In this document: piece after piece, positions 48,775-61,792 of the stretch
Numbering within the stretch: the stretch's first letter is position 1
Layout: every line of letters begins with the position of its first letter
Translations under genes and position numbers: made by a program
NCBI GenBank assembly: GCA_965235115.1
Contig: OZ249445.1
Location: 8,618,001 to 8,682,000, forward strand
DNA from: Laetmonice hystrix
Taxonomy: Eukaryota
Length of the DNA stretch: 64,000 bases
Direction of reading: 5' to 3'
Notes under the pieces: model-generated
The model's database searches: none
What the model was told of the DNA's origin: nothing
The model's input: only the letters and a program-made list of their open reading frames with translations

Positions 48775-50185
48775 AACCACCGCCACCACCGGAGGTACTG
48801 TTTACTACGGAACGGTCGGGTGAAACAGTCGGGGACGGTGGTCGCATGGTAAAGGATGGTCGATTGTTGCCCGAGAATATTGTCACTCTCAGCGTTCTGG
48901 TGCTTACCCTAAAGGAGGGATCTAACCGCGTTTTAATTCTGAAGATTTCAACCTCAACTTTAATCCCCGCTGCCCGCATCGTCCACCGCAAACAGGTTGG
49001 CCACCCGATCATGTACTTCTTAGAACATACCTGAAACACTTGTAATATAATCCTCCTTTTGATGTGGTGCTTTTTCATGTCATGCCAGGTATTTAGAAAG
49101 TTTTTTTCAGTGTTGTGACCACAGTCAGTTCATGCACGGACTATGATATGCTGGAAAATCGTTTTCCTACTCTTGGGATACAAACCCTTGCTGTAGTAAG
49201 ATGGCTTTCGCGCAGACAACGTGCTCGATGAGTGATAGCCATCAACAAATCGGACAAACATCAACGTTGGTGGTGTCGTTGGTGGTGCCCAGTGATGGTG
49301 CATTCTGTACGTATACTGTCAAAGTCGCTACTTTACCCGGGCACACGCGTGCAGCCTAAATGTCTCTCGTCCTGGGCATGATGCCAGGCCTCGAGCAATT
49401 ATCATAGTGGGGGGGGGGGGGGGAGTCAAGTAGGATTTTGTCATATTATCTGTAATCAATCCAGATAGGCCGTTTTAAAAAGTCTGCCAGGACCATACTT
49501 AGAAAATGTTAAGTAAGTATTGGATGTGACTTTAGTTTGTTTTGTTAAGAAGTAAGTATACTAACGTCTTATATTGCTGATCATCCACTGGAGTGAACGA
49601 CGTAAAATTAGGTTAAGAATAATTACAAGCGACGACATTAAATCTCATTAGATGTGGGGTGAGCTGGGAGTCGGGTGTTGGGGACGACTTGTGTATCCAT
49701 TGATACCGTCCCTGGTTCTGGTTGTGTTTCGCTCCGTTTTCATTCAGTGCTCCTCCCCGCCGCCACCGGCCCCAGATCCGGCGGACGCCGCCGTTGGCGT
49801 TCCTGCAGCCGGCAATCTTGCGTTCTGAAAGCACGGTCGATTGTTGTGTCCGCGACAGACTCTCGGGGCCCTCCGACAGGAACAAACAGCTTACAAGCGG
49901 GCGGCCCGTCACCCAAGGCACGAACAATTTAGAGAGTCAATATTTGGATGTTGGGGCACATAAGCCGACCGTGTCTGGCTGGCAGGGTTCGGGGGAAGCA
50001 ACAGGCTGCCATACGGCCACAGGTGGACATCTTGTCTATAGTAACGCTCACGACCGCTTTGTCGACAAGTGTTGATCGGGCCCGACCGGCACCAGTGCCG
50101 TCCCCGCGCGGGCCCAGTATGGGACGGCCCCTTAACAATACCGGACAGGACAATTTGCATTGAGACTGGGCCCTTGTCACAAACG

Positions 50186-50236
50186 TAAACAGACACACGC
50201 ACGGGCCCACGCACGCACACACCCGCACGCACGCAG
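50186..50236. repeat. (CACG/CA)n simple repeat
   Basis: Read directly from the sequence. Confidence 0.75.
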
Positions 50237-53200
50237 ACAAGGATGCGAGTCTGGCAACCCAGTTTCTAACGCAGGCCTCTTTTGAAGTGCGATGTCCACT
50301 TTATTAGCAAGGGCCCGATTTTTCGGTAACAAGTTTTGCCTACTCAGGGCCTTATCTCCATGGCATCAAAACCGACTCATGATGAACCTGCCAAGAAAGT
50401 GGTTTTCAAAGCCACTCTTCGACCCCTCAAACCTTGCCCGATATACTGAGACCCTCAGTGGTGGAAGACGCCCTACTACGAGTTGTAGTCACCGTTGTTT
50501 GCAACACTTCACAAAGACTCAGGGTTAATATAGGCCTAGCTCAGTCATCAGTCAACAGGCTGTGAGGGCACGAGTGGAGCCGTCCTCAAGTAAAGGATGT
50601 AATGAGCCGACCACAGGCCAACATAGGGTATATGCTCTCGAGGGCCACTTTGTCCTTTTATACAAAGTTCCGAGTACCGGACGTAAAGCCTACTTCTAGC
50701 CGTTACAACTACACAACCGTCAAGAACCGAACCACCCGCCCCCAAATCCTGTTCACCATATAGTTACGTAAAAGGCGGGAAAAGAGGTCTCGTGGTCGAA
50801 TTTTATACGGCGTCATAGCGTCTTCCGACTCCAATGACGTAATGACGTCCTTGTTATTCAAACTGAGGCCAAACTCTCATCTTCATTACTACTAGTGTTT
50901 GAATACCTGTTTGTTGAAAATGTACCCGAGAAACAATTACTTTTAGTGGATATTAAACAAGGATACTTTTCAGTTTTAAGGCATCATGAGAAACAATACC
51001 GTTAAGGATAGAAGGACTAATCGATGCCGACCGGCAGAGGACGGAGTGTCCATCGCCTGTGTCTTGGAATCAGGCTGATGTCTTTGACAGAAAGAAAAGT
51101 GCAGACCAAGCGAGCGTTGCAAACCTGACTGACCTCAGCGGTCGAGATGGCTATATTTTTCGAGGAAGTATTAGACTTGAGCTGGTGGTTTCACTTCGAT
51201 ACACGTGACGGGCCCTTTTGCAGTTTCTGAAAGGGTCAACGAGTACGTTATGATGGGCAGGCGATGACGTCATAGTTAGAGCGAGCGGGTGTCGCGCCCA
51301 GGGTACTTGTGTCACCCTCATAATAATGAGAGAGAAATTCTGCTGGCGTCCGGGCCAGTCTCGCTGTATACTGGCTTGTATGGAACAAAAACCAGGTCAT
51401 GGACCGGTGCGAATAGTTTGATAAATAATACGGGTTGGGAAGGCTCCCTCGGTAATGTCACAAATGGTTTATTTACAATTCATGGTTAGTGTGCTGATAG
51501 TGCTAATTTACAGGCGACAGTGCATGGTTGTCAGGACATTGGATGGCAGTCAAATACTTCTTTATACTAAACGAAGTTTCCACTCATGAGTACATGGCAA
51601 AATGGTAGGCCACTCGTTATCTTTAAAACAACCTTCCTGTCAGTAAAGATGAGCTACCTCTCTTACTCTGGACAGTTCATTCCTAGAATTCAGCGAACAA
51701 CAAGAATAGTAAATTATCACAGATATCGACGTTTGTAAATACCAAATATCATCCCTAGTTGTCACTGGAAATCGAGACATGTGTAAAGACCTAATCAATT
51801 TAGGGAAATGTTAAGTTTCATACTATCGAGTTTCATCCTTGGAGAAGGACAGTCACTTTTCCATTTTCTTACTTGTGTGTCGATGATAGCGTTGCGTTGA
51901 AGAACGCGTCATTGTGTTCATGGTATTGATGTGTAGGCAGGGGTCGTTACTGGTTCGTATGTAATGAGAAGTGATCCATTTCTTCCTATTATCAAGATTA
52001 TACCCCTTGATTTTCACCATGCTCTAACCTAGTCAAAATAAATAAATAAAAAGTAATTTGATCCGCACATAAAGCCTTATCGATCCACCATCATACGCGT
52101 AAAAATAGGTCTGGTCTGCTTTCTCCCGTTGCAGTGGATATATTAGAGTGTTTTAAAATTATGCAAGGAACTGTACACGCTTCTCATTCAGCACTTGGGA
52201 CTTGGGACGACTGAAGATTATAGCCCTACAAGCGAAAGTGTGTCAATAAAACATTCCCTTTGGTCGTGTTCATTATTGCTTTACACATGTCTGACTTTTC
52301 ACGGGCCATGACGAAGAACTCATTCTTCCCGTATAAAACATGGAATGCTGCCTTTAAAAGATAACATTCTGGGTCGATGTCCTACCGATATTTTCTGCAG
52401 TTATCAATTGATGCTCCGATGTATCTTCACTCTAGTAAGCGGATTAAAGGGTTTGCTGATTCAACGGGAACTGGCCGACGTCGTCTCAGTAGTTGGCAGG
52501 GTATTATACGGCTCTATTATAGCATCTCAGCTAAAAGGAAAAGGAAACAATCTACCACATCTTTAATATCGTGTGTCCGAAAGCTATAGAACCTAACCAC
52601 ATGCATAGTCAGAAACTTACATTCACAGTTAATGAGTTATGCACACATACAAACCAGTTATTGCTCTGTAGAGTACCGGTAATAAGAATTTATATTGTTC
52701 ATTTTGGTCTTTCTATACCCCGAACCCGATGGAGAACTCAACATATTCCTTTGATTTCTCGAACCTTGTCTAGTCCTCGGCCCCTTACAAGACTTTTAGC
52801 TATGTTAAAAGCTATTACATAGGCTTTTTGTTTTTGCTTTTTTGCTTTTTTTTATCATATACAAATTGGTTCCAACTTCCGTTGCGTTGCCTGAGAATGA
52901 GAAAGAATTGGCGTGAAAAGTGTATTGGGTCGTTGGACAGTATGGTACTGGTAGGAACACTGATTTCGTATTAAACCCAATTATTGCTGCCATATGCAAG
53001 ACCCCTACCCAAAAGAACAAGGATCATGAAATTATTGGACCCTGATTTTAATGACAAATTTCATTTAGGGGGTCAATGGGATATCGGTCATGCCTTGAAG
53101 GCGGTTTGAGTTATAATCGATTGGATTTGAAGCTGATGAAAGGGTACAACGCGACTGAAACATATGTACTTAGAATGCAAATGCAACAAAATCAAAAAGA

Positions 53201-56200
53201 GGGTAATAAGGAAAGGAAAGCCGGACGCCCGACATAATGGCTGGTTTTCTGTGGTTTTCGGGACATCTCGCCTGACAATGATTTAACCTCGTTTTTGATA
53301 TGATTCAGGATTGATGTATGACAAATTAGCACCTCTCAGTTTCTTCTGTCTGTGAAACTGTAAGATAACAAAATAGGAGTAACTGCACAATTTTCTGTGT
53401 GATTGAGCGAGCGTAGACTCCTACTCCATATCGTGGGACTTGATACTAGGTGACCCTGTTTGTTATGTTATATTATATACCCAGTCGACAACTAGAGTCT
53501 CTCCTCATGTAGTATTGTCGAGATTAATAGCGCATGCGCCTGAACGTACCGTGTGACATCGTATTATGTGTCACGTGTCATATTTCAAAGACATTAATTG
53601 CAGGCAGTGATGCCCATTTCAAACGCGATGAAACGCAAATCTTATGAAAGCTGGGCCGCAGTCGTAATTTCGGGTCACTCAGTGTGTGCGTCGCGCCTCG
53701 GACGGGCTCAGAATCTCAACTATTCGCTGGTTGGCGACACCCACTCGGCGCGCAACTTCTAGTCAAGCTGTAGTAGGCCTACAGCTGGGAGATGGTTAGT
53801 TTATTGACGAGATGTCGCATCATTTACCACACCACAACTAGCACAATGCCATGCCCTTCAAATTCTAACGGGCATCTTCATCGCTTACAAGGCAAGCATG
53901 CCCACAACATGCCTTTTGCAATAGGTTCCCCAATGAGGGGTAAGTTCTCAGAAGATACTTAATATAACAAAGTTAGAGATCTTACTTAGATTTATTTTTA
54001 TTTTTATTTATTTAATCAAATATGGTTTTCTTTGTCCATTTTGGATGAGTAACGTAGCACATATATACGAGCGGGCCTGGAGTGGGCGCAGTGGGAGTGA
54101 TTAGTTCTCGGAACCTCCGCCAGGGTCGTCTTTCTGCAGACCGCCATAGAATAATATACTATTATCTATAGATTCTGCCGGGAAATCGGACTGGACTGTC
54201 TCAACAAATGAAACATTTCTTGTGATCAGACATAGCCGTCAACACTCCGATATGCAAAACACGTAGGCTATATATTGGTGGCTGCTGCTGTTTGCTGGAC
54301 AGCTACTGATCCAATGTCTGAATCAATGTGGGGAAGGTACTGCAGTAAAACTCATCAGTAAAGACCTACCTGAAATCCGAGCCTCGCTTTGCTCGATCCC
54401 AGCTGGAATCTATTGGTCTGTAGTAATATAGGCGGCCGTTAACAAAGGAGGGAGCCGTGTGTACGGTAGAGACTGGTCCAGGGCGGTGTTATTGTGGACG
54501 GCCAGGAGAGGGCGCAGTAGTCGGCCCTGCTCCGGCCAGGCAATAATATAATTATTTTAGGACGTAAAGAGGACTGTGAACACTGTAAAATTGTAAACCA
54601 ACATGAGAAGGCGATGATTTCGTTGTTTACCTAAGGGTAATATCAATACTGGCACCGCGATTACATTCTTCTGGAAGCGTAAAAAAATGATGTTTACTGT
54701 TTTATTGATTTGGTGGGTGGATTCTCTTACGTCATGAAATCAATGTTGTTTGAAAGCCGAACATGAAATGCATCTGGAGCCAAACTGTCGGGATGCTAGG
54801 GCCAAAACTTCAGGACGTAAAGACATCTGTATGCATGTGTAAAAAAAGGTTATGGAAATAGCATAAGGGTTAATAATTGTCGCTTTAATGTGCTGTACAA
54901 CCATAAACCCCTTCTCTGTCACAGGTCGGGAATAATCTTAGGCGTAGCGCTTAATGGGGGTTGAAAGCATTGGATGTATGAATCTATAGTGATGCTCAGA
55001 AGAATGGGTTCATGTGAGAAATGGCTTCACCACATTAATCAGGCGTGGAGCTAATGGCAGGTTGATGACCTGGATTTCCTAAAGTAGACTTATATACATG
55101 ACGTATATCGGGGATCAGTGAGCTCTTTACTGGATCGTATGAGTCCCACCAAGACATCACGTGTACATACATGTATATGAAAAAAATGAATTAAAAAAAG
55201 GTAATATAGAAGAATATAATAGGTGAGCAAATATATGTACTTTAGAATTAGATCGCAATTAATTTGCCATGAATAAGACCTCTATCCAGGAGCAGTAGGT
55301 AGGCCTACTCGAGACAGTGCGGTCGTCTTACTAATATTGCTATGACATATTGGCAGCGTATTCATTATTAGTGCAATTATTTTACAGACCACCGAGAAAA
55401 TTAATGTGTAAGGGCAGTTTGAAACCAAATTTCCTATTGTTGGAGAGTTTCACTTTTCTAGTGCTAAACAATGCTGAGTCACCCCCTCGCGACCTCAAAA
55501 TTGCCTACAGAGGCAGTGCAGTACATTCATGTTCTAATATTCGGTCCTCAACATAAGTCTTTATACCTAACCCATGCATACCTAATAAGGTAGACGTTAT
55601 GGATTTGCCTTTTCACATGCGACACCTGGCGGTGACGATGGTATTTACCGTTGTCTGCAGGCAGTACCGTGCTTTGGCCGTTGTAGACGGTCGGGCCGCC
55701 ATCACGCATGCGTGGTCAGTCAAACGGATACCTGTAAAAGGGTACATTGGAGGAACACAAAACGGTCCAACCTGGCGGAAAGGTCTTCTCACAGGGCCGG
55801 GGCCGGGACCTTACCACACTTAACATACGCTGACCACTCTGACGTACTTAGGGGGTGCGCTGAACCGGCAGTTTGGGCACGGATAACTAGTCCCATCAGC
55901 AATAACAAATCGTCCATTTCTCACGTGGACAAAAGGTGGTCCCCATAGTAACTTATTGTGTACAGAAAGGCACTAAGTACATGAAGTAACCATGAAATAC
56001 AGACGTGCAATCACACTGAAGCGTGCTCAGGTTACATTGATAAGTCCGTTACATATCTTACTGTAAGATAAACAGATTATAGAAAGTAGTAATCCGATGT
56101 ATAGCTACTTTCAAAGAGAAAACTTCATGCGGTATTTCATTTGCTTCATTTTATTTCATTTGCAACACTTTATTGGAAATTCTTCTAAAAGGCCTATTTA

Positions 56201-59200
56201 CATTATTGAATTGAATAAAAATTATAAAATGAATGATTTGATGCAGTTTGTATACTCGGAAAGGAACAGTGTATCTGGACATCTCGTGAAACTGATTGTG
56301 GCGGACAGACTTCAGATGTCCCAGCAACAGTTCCTAATAATTTATGATAAATGGAAAGAAATAAAAACAAAAATATAAAAAGTGCCTTTGTCCTACACAA
56401 ATGTCGCCAGTCGACTTTGGCTGGCTCACGTTTGGGCGCACTGAGGATGGTGTGTATTGGGGTGGGGAGGGGGAGGGGGTATATAACAGGTGACGTGAGG
56501 TGGGTGTAGCCGGGTTGCAGACACCCCGCCCGGGACATAATGCTAGTGAAGACAATGTCGAGTATAGACTCGGTGACACCATGTATTTGGCAAGCCCAAC
56601 TGTCTGTCTGGAGGCCTCGGGTGTCTAGCCTGCTGCGTCTTGACCACACCAGACGCCGAAATGGTCGTGACAGCTTAGATCAGACAAATCCTCTGTGTGG
56701 TGGTGGGCTAGGGTAATTGTATGGGAAGGTGACTGTGTGTAGAGGTGTATTTGTGGGATAGGGGAGTTGGAGATGGGTGGGAGGTTTTTGTGTGGTAATG
56801 TTTTCAATGGGACTACAAAGATTGTGTCACAGCGTATCAGAGTGCCAAGTGCACGTCGTTGAGTAGGAGTGATCTTGTTTTTATGGTCGTGTTGGGAGGG
56901 AGTTACATTCGAGTTAAGTCCATGAATAAACTGTGCCATCGCCATTACCCTGTGGAGAGCCCCACGCACGGAGCATATAAAACAAAATAAGAAGAGAGGT
57001 TAGAAAAGGTGTTCTCTTCCCCATTTTGTATGTTGTAGCGGTCCCTATTATTAGACGTTTTCCATTGGATGACTGTCCTTCCACATCCAAATATATTCGA
57101 TCTGTTTTGGACTGATTTATTTGTTATCTAGATCGTTTCTATTTTTACAGACATGGGCCTGGATTGATGACACTCACTGCTATTATGTTTGATAGGCGTC
57201 AGCAGCTGTTTATCGCCACCATGGCGTTATTTTGATCACGTGAAACCCAACCCTATTGTCAATCACGGCTAGTCGATGGAAGGGAATCTATAAAATATCA
57301 AATCTCCGGAGACTCCGTAGGGGGATTCGATGAATGGTAAGATCGGGATTTAGTCAGCTCAGAGAGAAATGGCTTGGCAGAACACCGACAGCAGTTGTAT
57401 CGATATCTGCTGCTATACTCCTAGTACATTTTAGTGGATATAACTTTAAACGGACAGGTTCCAAGGAGCCAATATCACCCCGTATGTATGTTTCTACGGA
57501 TTTACCCACCTGACCTACCTTATCAAGCGTTAAATGAATTTGCCCTTTACGGAACCCTAGCTCTGAGAAATTTATCTTTTCTTTGTATTTCTGTGGAGCC
57601 TGGAGTACCTAATTGGTAATTACTGACAATCAACTCCATAATATCCGCTGATTTGCGTGGGTGTGGCCCAGTTCTTTTAAATCATTCTGTTGGGACCCAT
57701 TACCTGGTATAGACGTTCATGGCATGACCAAAGTGTACTTTCGGACCATTGTCGGCGGGGGAGGTGCAGCATGCCAGACTGGTCCATCCGGCCTCAATAC
57801 GGGCGTAACTGGTAACCAGGGGTGGCTGGAGGATAGCTTCCAACCTCAATACCATTATACCACCACCGTTATCCATACAGTGTGATACCTGTTTGAAGAT
57901 GTACAGTAGGGTTCCATGTTATTTGATCCGCCGTTTTCTGGAGTTAGATGAAGCTGGTGTATTGGTGAACAAATTAGCGATTTTGTCTAGGTACGACTTT
58001 GTGTAGTGTGAACGCGGCCAACACGTGCACCACCTGTTGTTTGGTCGCGTCCGCCTGACCTCAACTGCTCTTCCCAGAAAAAAAGGTTGACCACGAGTGG
58101 GATGACCCCTCGACCTGTACGCCAGGCTGTTGGAACAAGGCGACCTCGAGCGTCGGTATATTATGTTCTGAGAACCGCCAGAGGATGGTCAGTGTCCTAC
58201 AACCGACCACTATCTCTGTATCAAGGATGTGGCGGAATTTATCAGGGATAATGGCATCATCATTTTCTATTTTAACAATACTCATCACGCCATCTTTGAT
58301 GACATGGCGAGATTATTGTTGGGGAAGAGATGTGGCAGTGATCGGTAGCAGACCAAGTATGTTGGTATAGCGTTTATGATTCTAATCATAGATATAGAAA
58401 TCAACCCAGAATGCGGCCACTATCCGTGTGCAGTCAACCATAACGGTTAGAGTATTGTCACGTGTGAGGGCCCAATACTAATAAATCACTATGTGAAATG
58501 TAATGGCGAGTAGCTTTGGTACATACAGAGACAACAGGCATCCTTACGCTACGGCAACCTCTCATTCCAGTCGGGCGTTTTATAAATGACATTTATAGCT
58601 TACACAAATAGAACTAAGGCGAGTTGAGGACAACATTCATCAAGGACCAAGAATCCCCGCCCTCCCTTGGAGCAGGCCTTAAAAGCCCGGCTGCATTCAT
58701 TGTTCGGCGTTCGACTTCTGCTATGGGGCCCTTTGAGGGTGTTGGAGGGCAGTTCTCGACAACAACGCCCTCGGCCACTTATTTCAGCAGTAGGGGGGTC
58801 TTAAATCACCGCCAACTACCCTTTCCGGTACTGTCCCTACGACCCCGGCTTCGAGGGTCAGTGGCTGGGGGGAAACCAGGTGTGACAACCAATCAAATAG
58901 GTCGGAGCCAAGTTTTCCTTGTGACGTATATTTGGGTGCGCAGACGGCACCGAGGTGGCAACAAGTGCGCCTCGGGACGCGGCCGGGCAGAGCGTCATGG
59001 GGGGGGGGGGGGGGGCATCCGTGGGGGGGGGGGGGGCGCGGGGCCAGGGGCCAGGGGCCACGTACCGCTGGCCGTCAGTAGGCAGCAGTCAGCGGAAGGA
59101 TACGGATACTTCCACGGGATGCTCACTCAGGAAGATAATACGCGAAGCACTGAGCTGTCACCACCTCGGGAGTACAATGTAGGTTTTTGTTTACCGCATA

Positions 59201-61284
59201 GCTTCCCCTTATCGGGCTCAAACTTGCAGGCATCAGAGTGTGAATTCCTGTGCACGGGAGTGCGTGTGTACACACGTGTGGAGGTAAAGAGTGTGTAAGC
59301 ACACTAAAATGAATTTTGCAAAAAGTCTGTTTTTGTGACCTTCCCAAACTGTCTGGTTACAAATTAGCAAAAACTCATAGTTGTCATTTTAACGCTACCC
59401 TTGGACAGCGAGGCGCTGTTGTGAACATTTGATGTCAATCCCACTGGCGATCTCTGTGTGGTCAGCCTTTGGACCGAAAATACACACTACTCCGGGTTTT
59501 GTGGGACCCTGGATTCTCTAACCAGTACCCATGACCGCATTCAGCGTTTATCAAACACTACCAAGAATAACATTTTAATGCAATAAAAGAGTAATCCGAC
59601 AAGCAGGTGTTTGAAACATCGACACCAGTGATCTCCAGGGGAGAGAATTAACCGCCAGCCGTCCTGGAGGAGTTACTGTCCCGTGTACCGGTTATACACC
59701 GGTCTCTGCGGCAGGTCATGCAGCAAACCAAGCATAGACACGGTCAGCACAAATCACCACTCTATGAGGAGATCAAAATGACCAAAACAACTCCCAGGAG
59801 AAACATTATAGACTTTACAGAAGGAGAGTTGGGTAGGGGTGGGGATATTTCTTTTCTGTGACTGTGTGGTTATTTTCGAGGGATATCTTTAGACGATATC
59901 TGATAACCTCAACCGTTTGTCCATTCTTTCTGCTATATCATGTTGGTCTGATATTTGCGGGAACATAAATATCTTGATTTATAAAAGATAATATTGAAAG
60001 GACCGGTTCAGCAAAGCTTGGATTGTAATCTGTCCGGGATTCACGTTTTACAACAGACAGCCATATTTGGCCTAGTTACGGGTAACGAGGGATGATTGGA
60101 GTCGTGTTCGGGTGTAATTTGGAGTCAGGTAAGACGAGGATGGCCACACCTGGGAGTGGATTATTATTGACGAGGATCCCGCGCAGTTTACTATTGGCCC
60201 GGGGAACTTCCAAAGCGACGTCGGCTACTCGCTGAAAATACCAACTTCTAAACAAGGGGAAGCGGTCAATAGCAAGTCTGCTCGGCCGTGCAATGCAGAT
60301 TCATGAGTGCACGCGTGCACGCAGGTTCATCCAGGGGCGTTTGCACGGAGAACGGAAAGGTGTGTATGGAGGAGGGGAGGGGGGCTGTGGAGATGTCTGC
60401 AGGCGTGTGCAATACGTGTGGAAAGTGGTGAACGGGGAGCCAGCCTTGGACGTGCCGCCACGGGTGTAGGCCGACCTAGCCACCGGACGACCGGCGTCCT
60501 GTGTGTGCCGGGAGGAGGAAGGTTGCGCACGACGACCCGTAACATGGGTTGTTCACCTTGCGTGGGTCCACTTCACAAAAAACGATGCCGCCAATGTCGC
60601 AGGCGGCCGGGCAGGCTGCAGGTCGGCCGGCCTGTGTGAAAAAACGCGGCTCATTCATAATTCCAAGTCGGGCCCCGGATTGGCCGTTCATGGATCAACT
60701 CGATATCAATCAGCTTTTGAGGAAACCATTAAAAAATACGACTCGCCCACGTCGCGTGTAGAGTTTCACGTCTCAGTTATATTCCGTTTCATTTTGTTCC
60801 TGCTATTTTCTGTGTAGACAAATGAAATCTTGCCTGCCTCTGCCAATCTATTTTGCCAGGGTCAACATCAGAATTGCCTCGCCGGCACGAGCGACCTAGA
60901 GGGTCTGAACATCAGTTGTTAAAGAGACGTTTGCTTGAAAAACATGTTGATATTTATTTTTTGAAAGCAAAGGGTTAGAGGTCATATATTTTTATTGTCA
61001 TAACGTTCCTGTATGACATAATTATTAATGATTTTAAGCAATTCGGCCTCAGGGTTATAGGTTTAGCATCATAGGGTGGAGCAACCTATAAAACGTGATT
61101 CAAATTTTAGATTACCTGACATGAGCCAGCATGGATTCCTGACGCGGAGGCAGAATTTTGCCCCCCCCCCCTAATAAAAAAGAACCACTAAAAAGGAGAT
61201 GTTTTCGTCGAAGGAACCTTGGGTGATTGCGGCGGGTTCATTCTAACTGGGTCAGTGAACGCTGAGCATCTTCATTCAGCATCA

Positions 61285-61450
61285 CCATGGTAACATCTGG
61301 TCAAAATTTGGATAAGAAGAAAATGATCGCAATTCCTACCAGCAAACCTAATCCAATCACTAGTCCCGGTACCCAGATATAAACCTGTCCCGATCCTAGC
61401 TCAATCCCTAACTCATAACCACGAGATTGTAACCGTGAGGAATCATCATC
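61285..61450 (+). mobile_element. Telomere-like dispersed repeat family, copy 4
   Basis: ccatggtaacatc...aaaatgatcgcaattcctaccagcaaacctaatcc...cccggtaccc...atccctaactcataacc is colinear with copy 1. Confidence 0.65.
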
Positions 61451-61778
61451 CAACCCGTAACGAATTGATGGGGTTGACAGGCTGTCGACGAGGCTGCAAC
61501 CCTTAAAAAAACAGACAGAAAAGAAAACACCCGTCTTCATCCGAATTCGTAATTAAGGTTATCGGTATTGATTTCTCGAGAGTTGCCATGATAATTTAGG
61601 GAGACTATAGAAACCGGCAATTCTAACCGATTGCAACTGTCAAGTATCCGGTAACGGGTATGGTTAGACTTTGCTGAGTTAGGTTATATCGGGTATATCG
61701 TTACATCCCAACCCTGCCGCTGAGCTCCATGCAGTGGTCACGACACTCGTCGGACGACAATGGCTGTAAGCAGGAGTT

Positions 61779-61792
61779 GCGCCGCCTAGCGT
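61779..61792 (-). promoter_or_regulatory. CTCF-like motif
   Basis: Reverse complement is ACGCTAGGCGGCGC. Confidence 0.3.

Noticed and set aside
50110-50173. Mini Harbinger MITE (GGGCCCAGT...ACTGGGCCC)
   Set aside because: Only a 9-bp inverted repeat in GC-rich sequence, with no TSD.
54073-54125. tRNA-derived SINE head (TGGGCGCAGTGG A-box-like)
   Set aside because: No canonical GTTCGA B-box at the proper spacing and no second copy in the window.
57700-58370. Decayed transposon or RT ORF (HYLCIKDVAEFIRDNG..., VYFRTIV..AACQ)
   Set aside because: The fragments look protein-like but the motif spacing is inconsistent with RT or DDE families, so they cannot be assigned without a search.
58624-59298. 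Longest ORF (224 aa) as a gene
   Set aside because: It runs through two poly-G tracts, has no domain signature or coherent composition, and is explained by GC-rich low complexity.
28597-60984. One-mismatch direct repeats (DR1 at 28597 and 60972, DR3 at 30953) as individual elements
   Set aside because: Several one-mismatch DRs are expected by chance in 64 kb.
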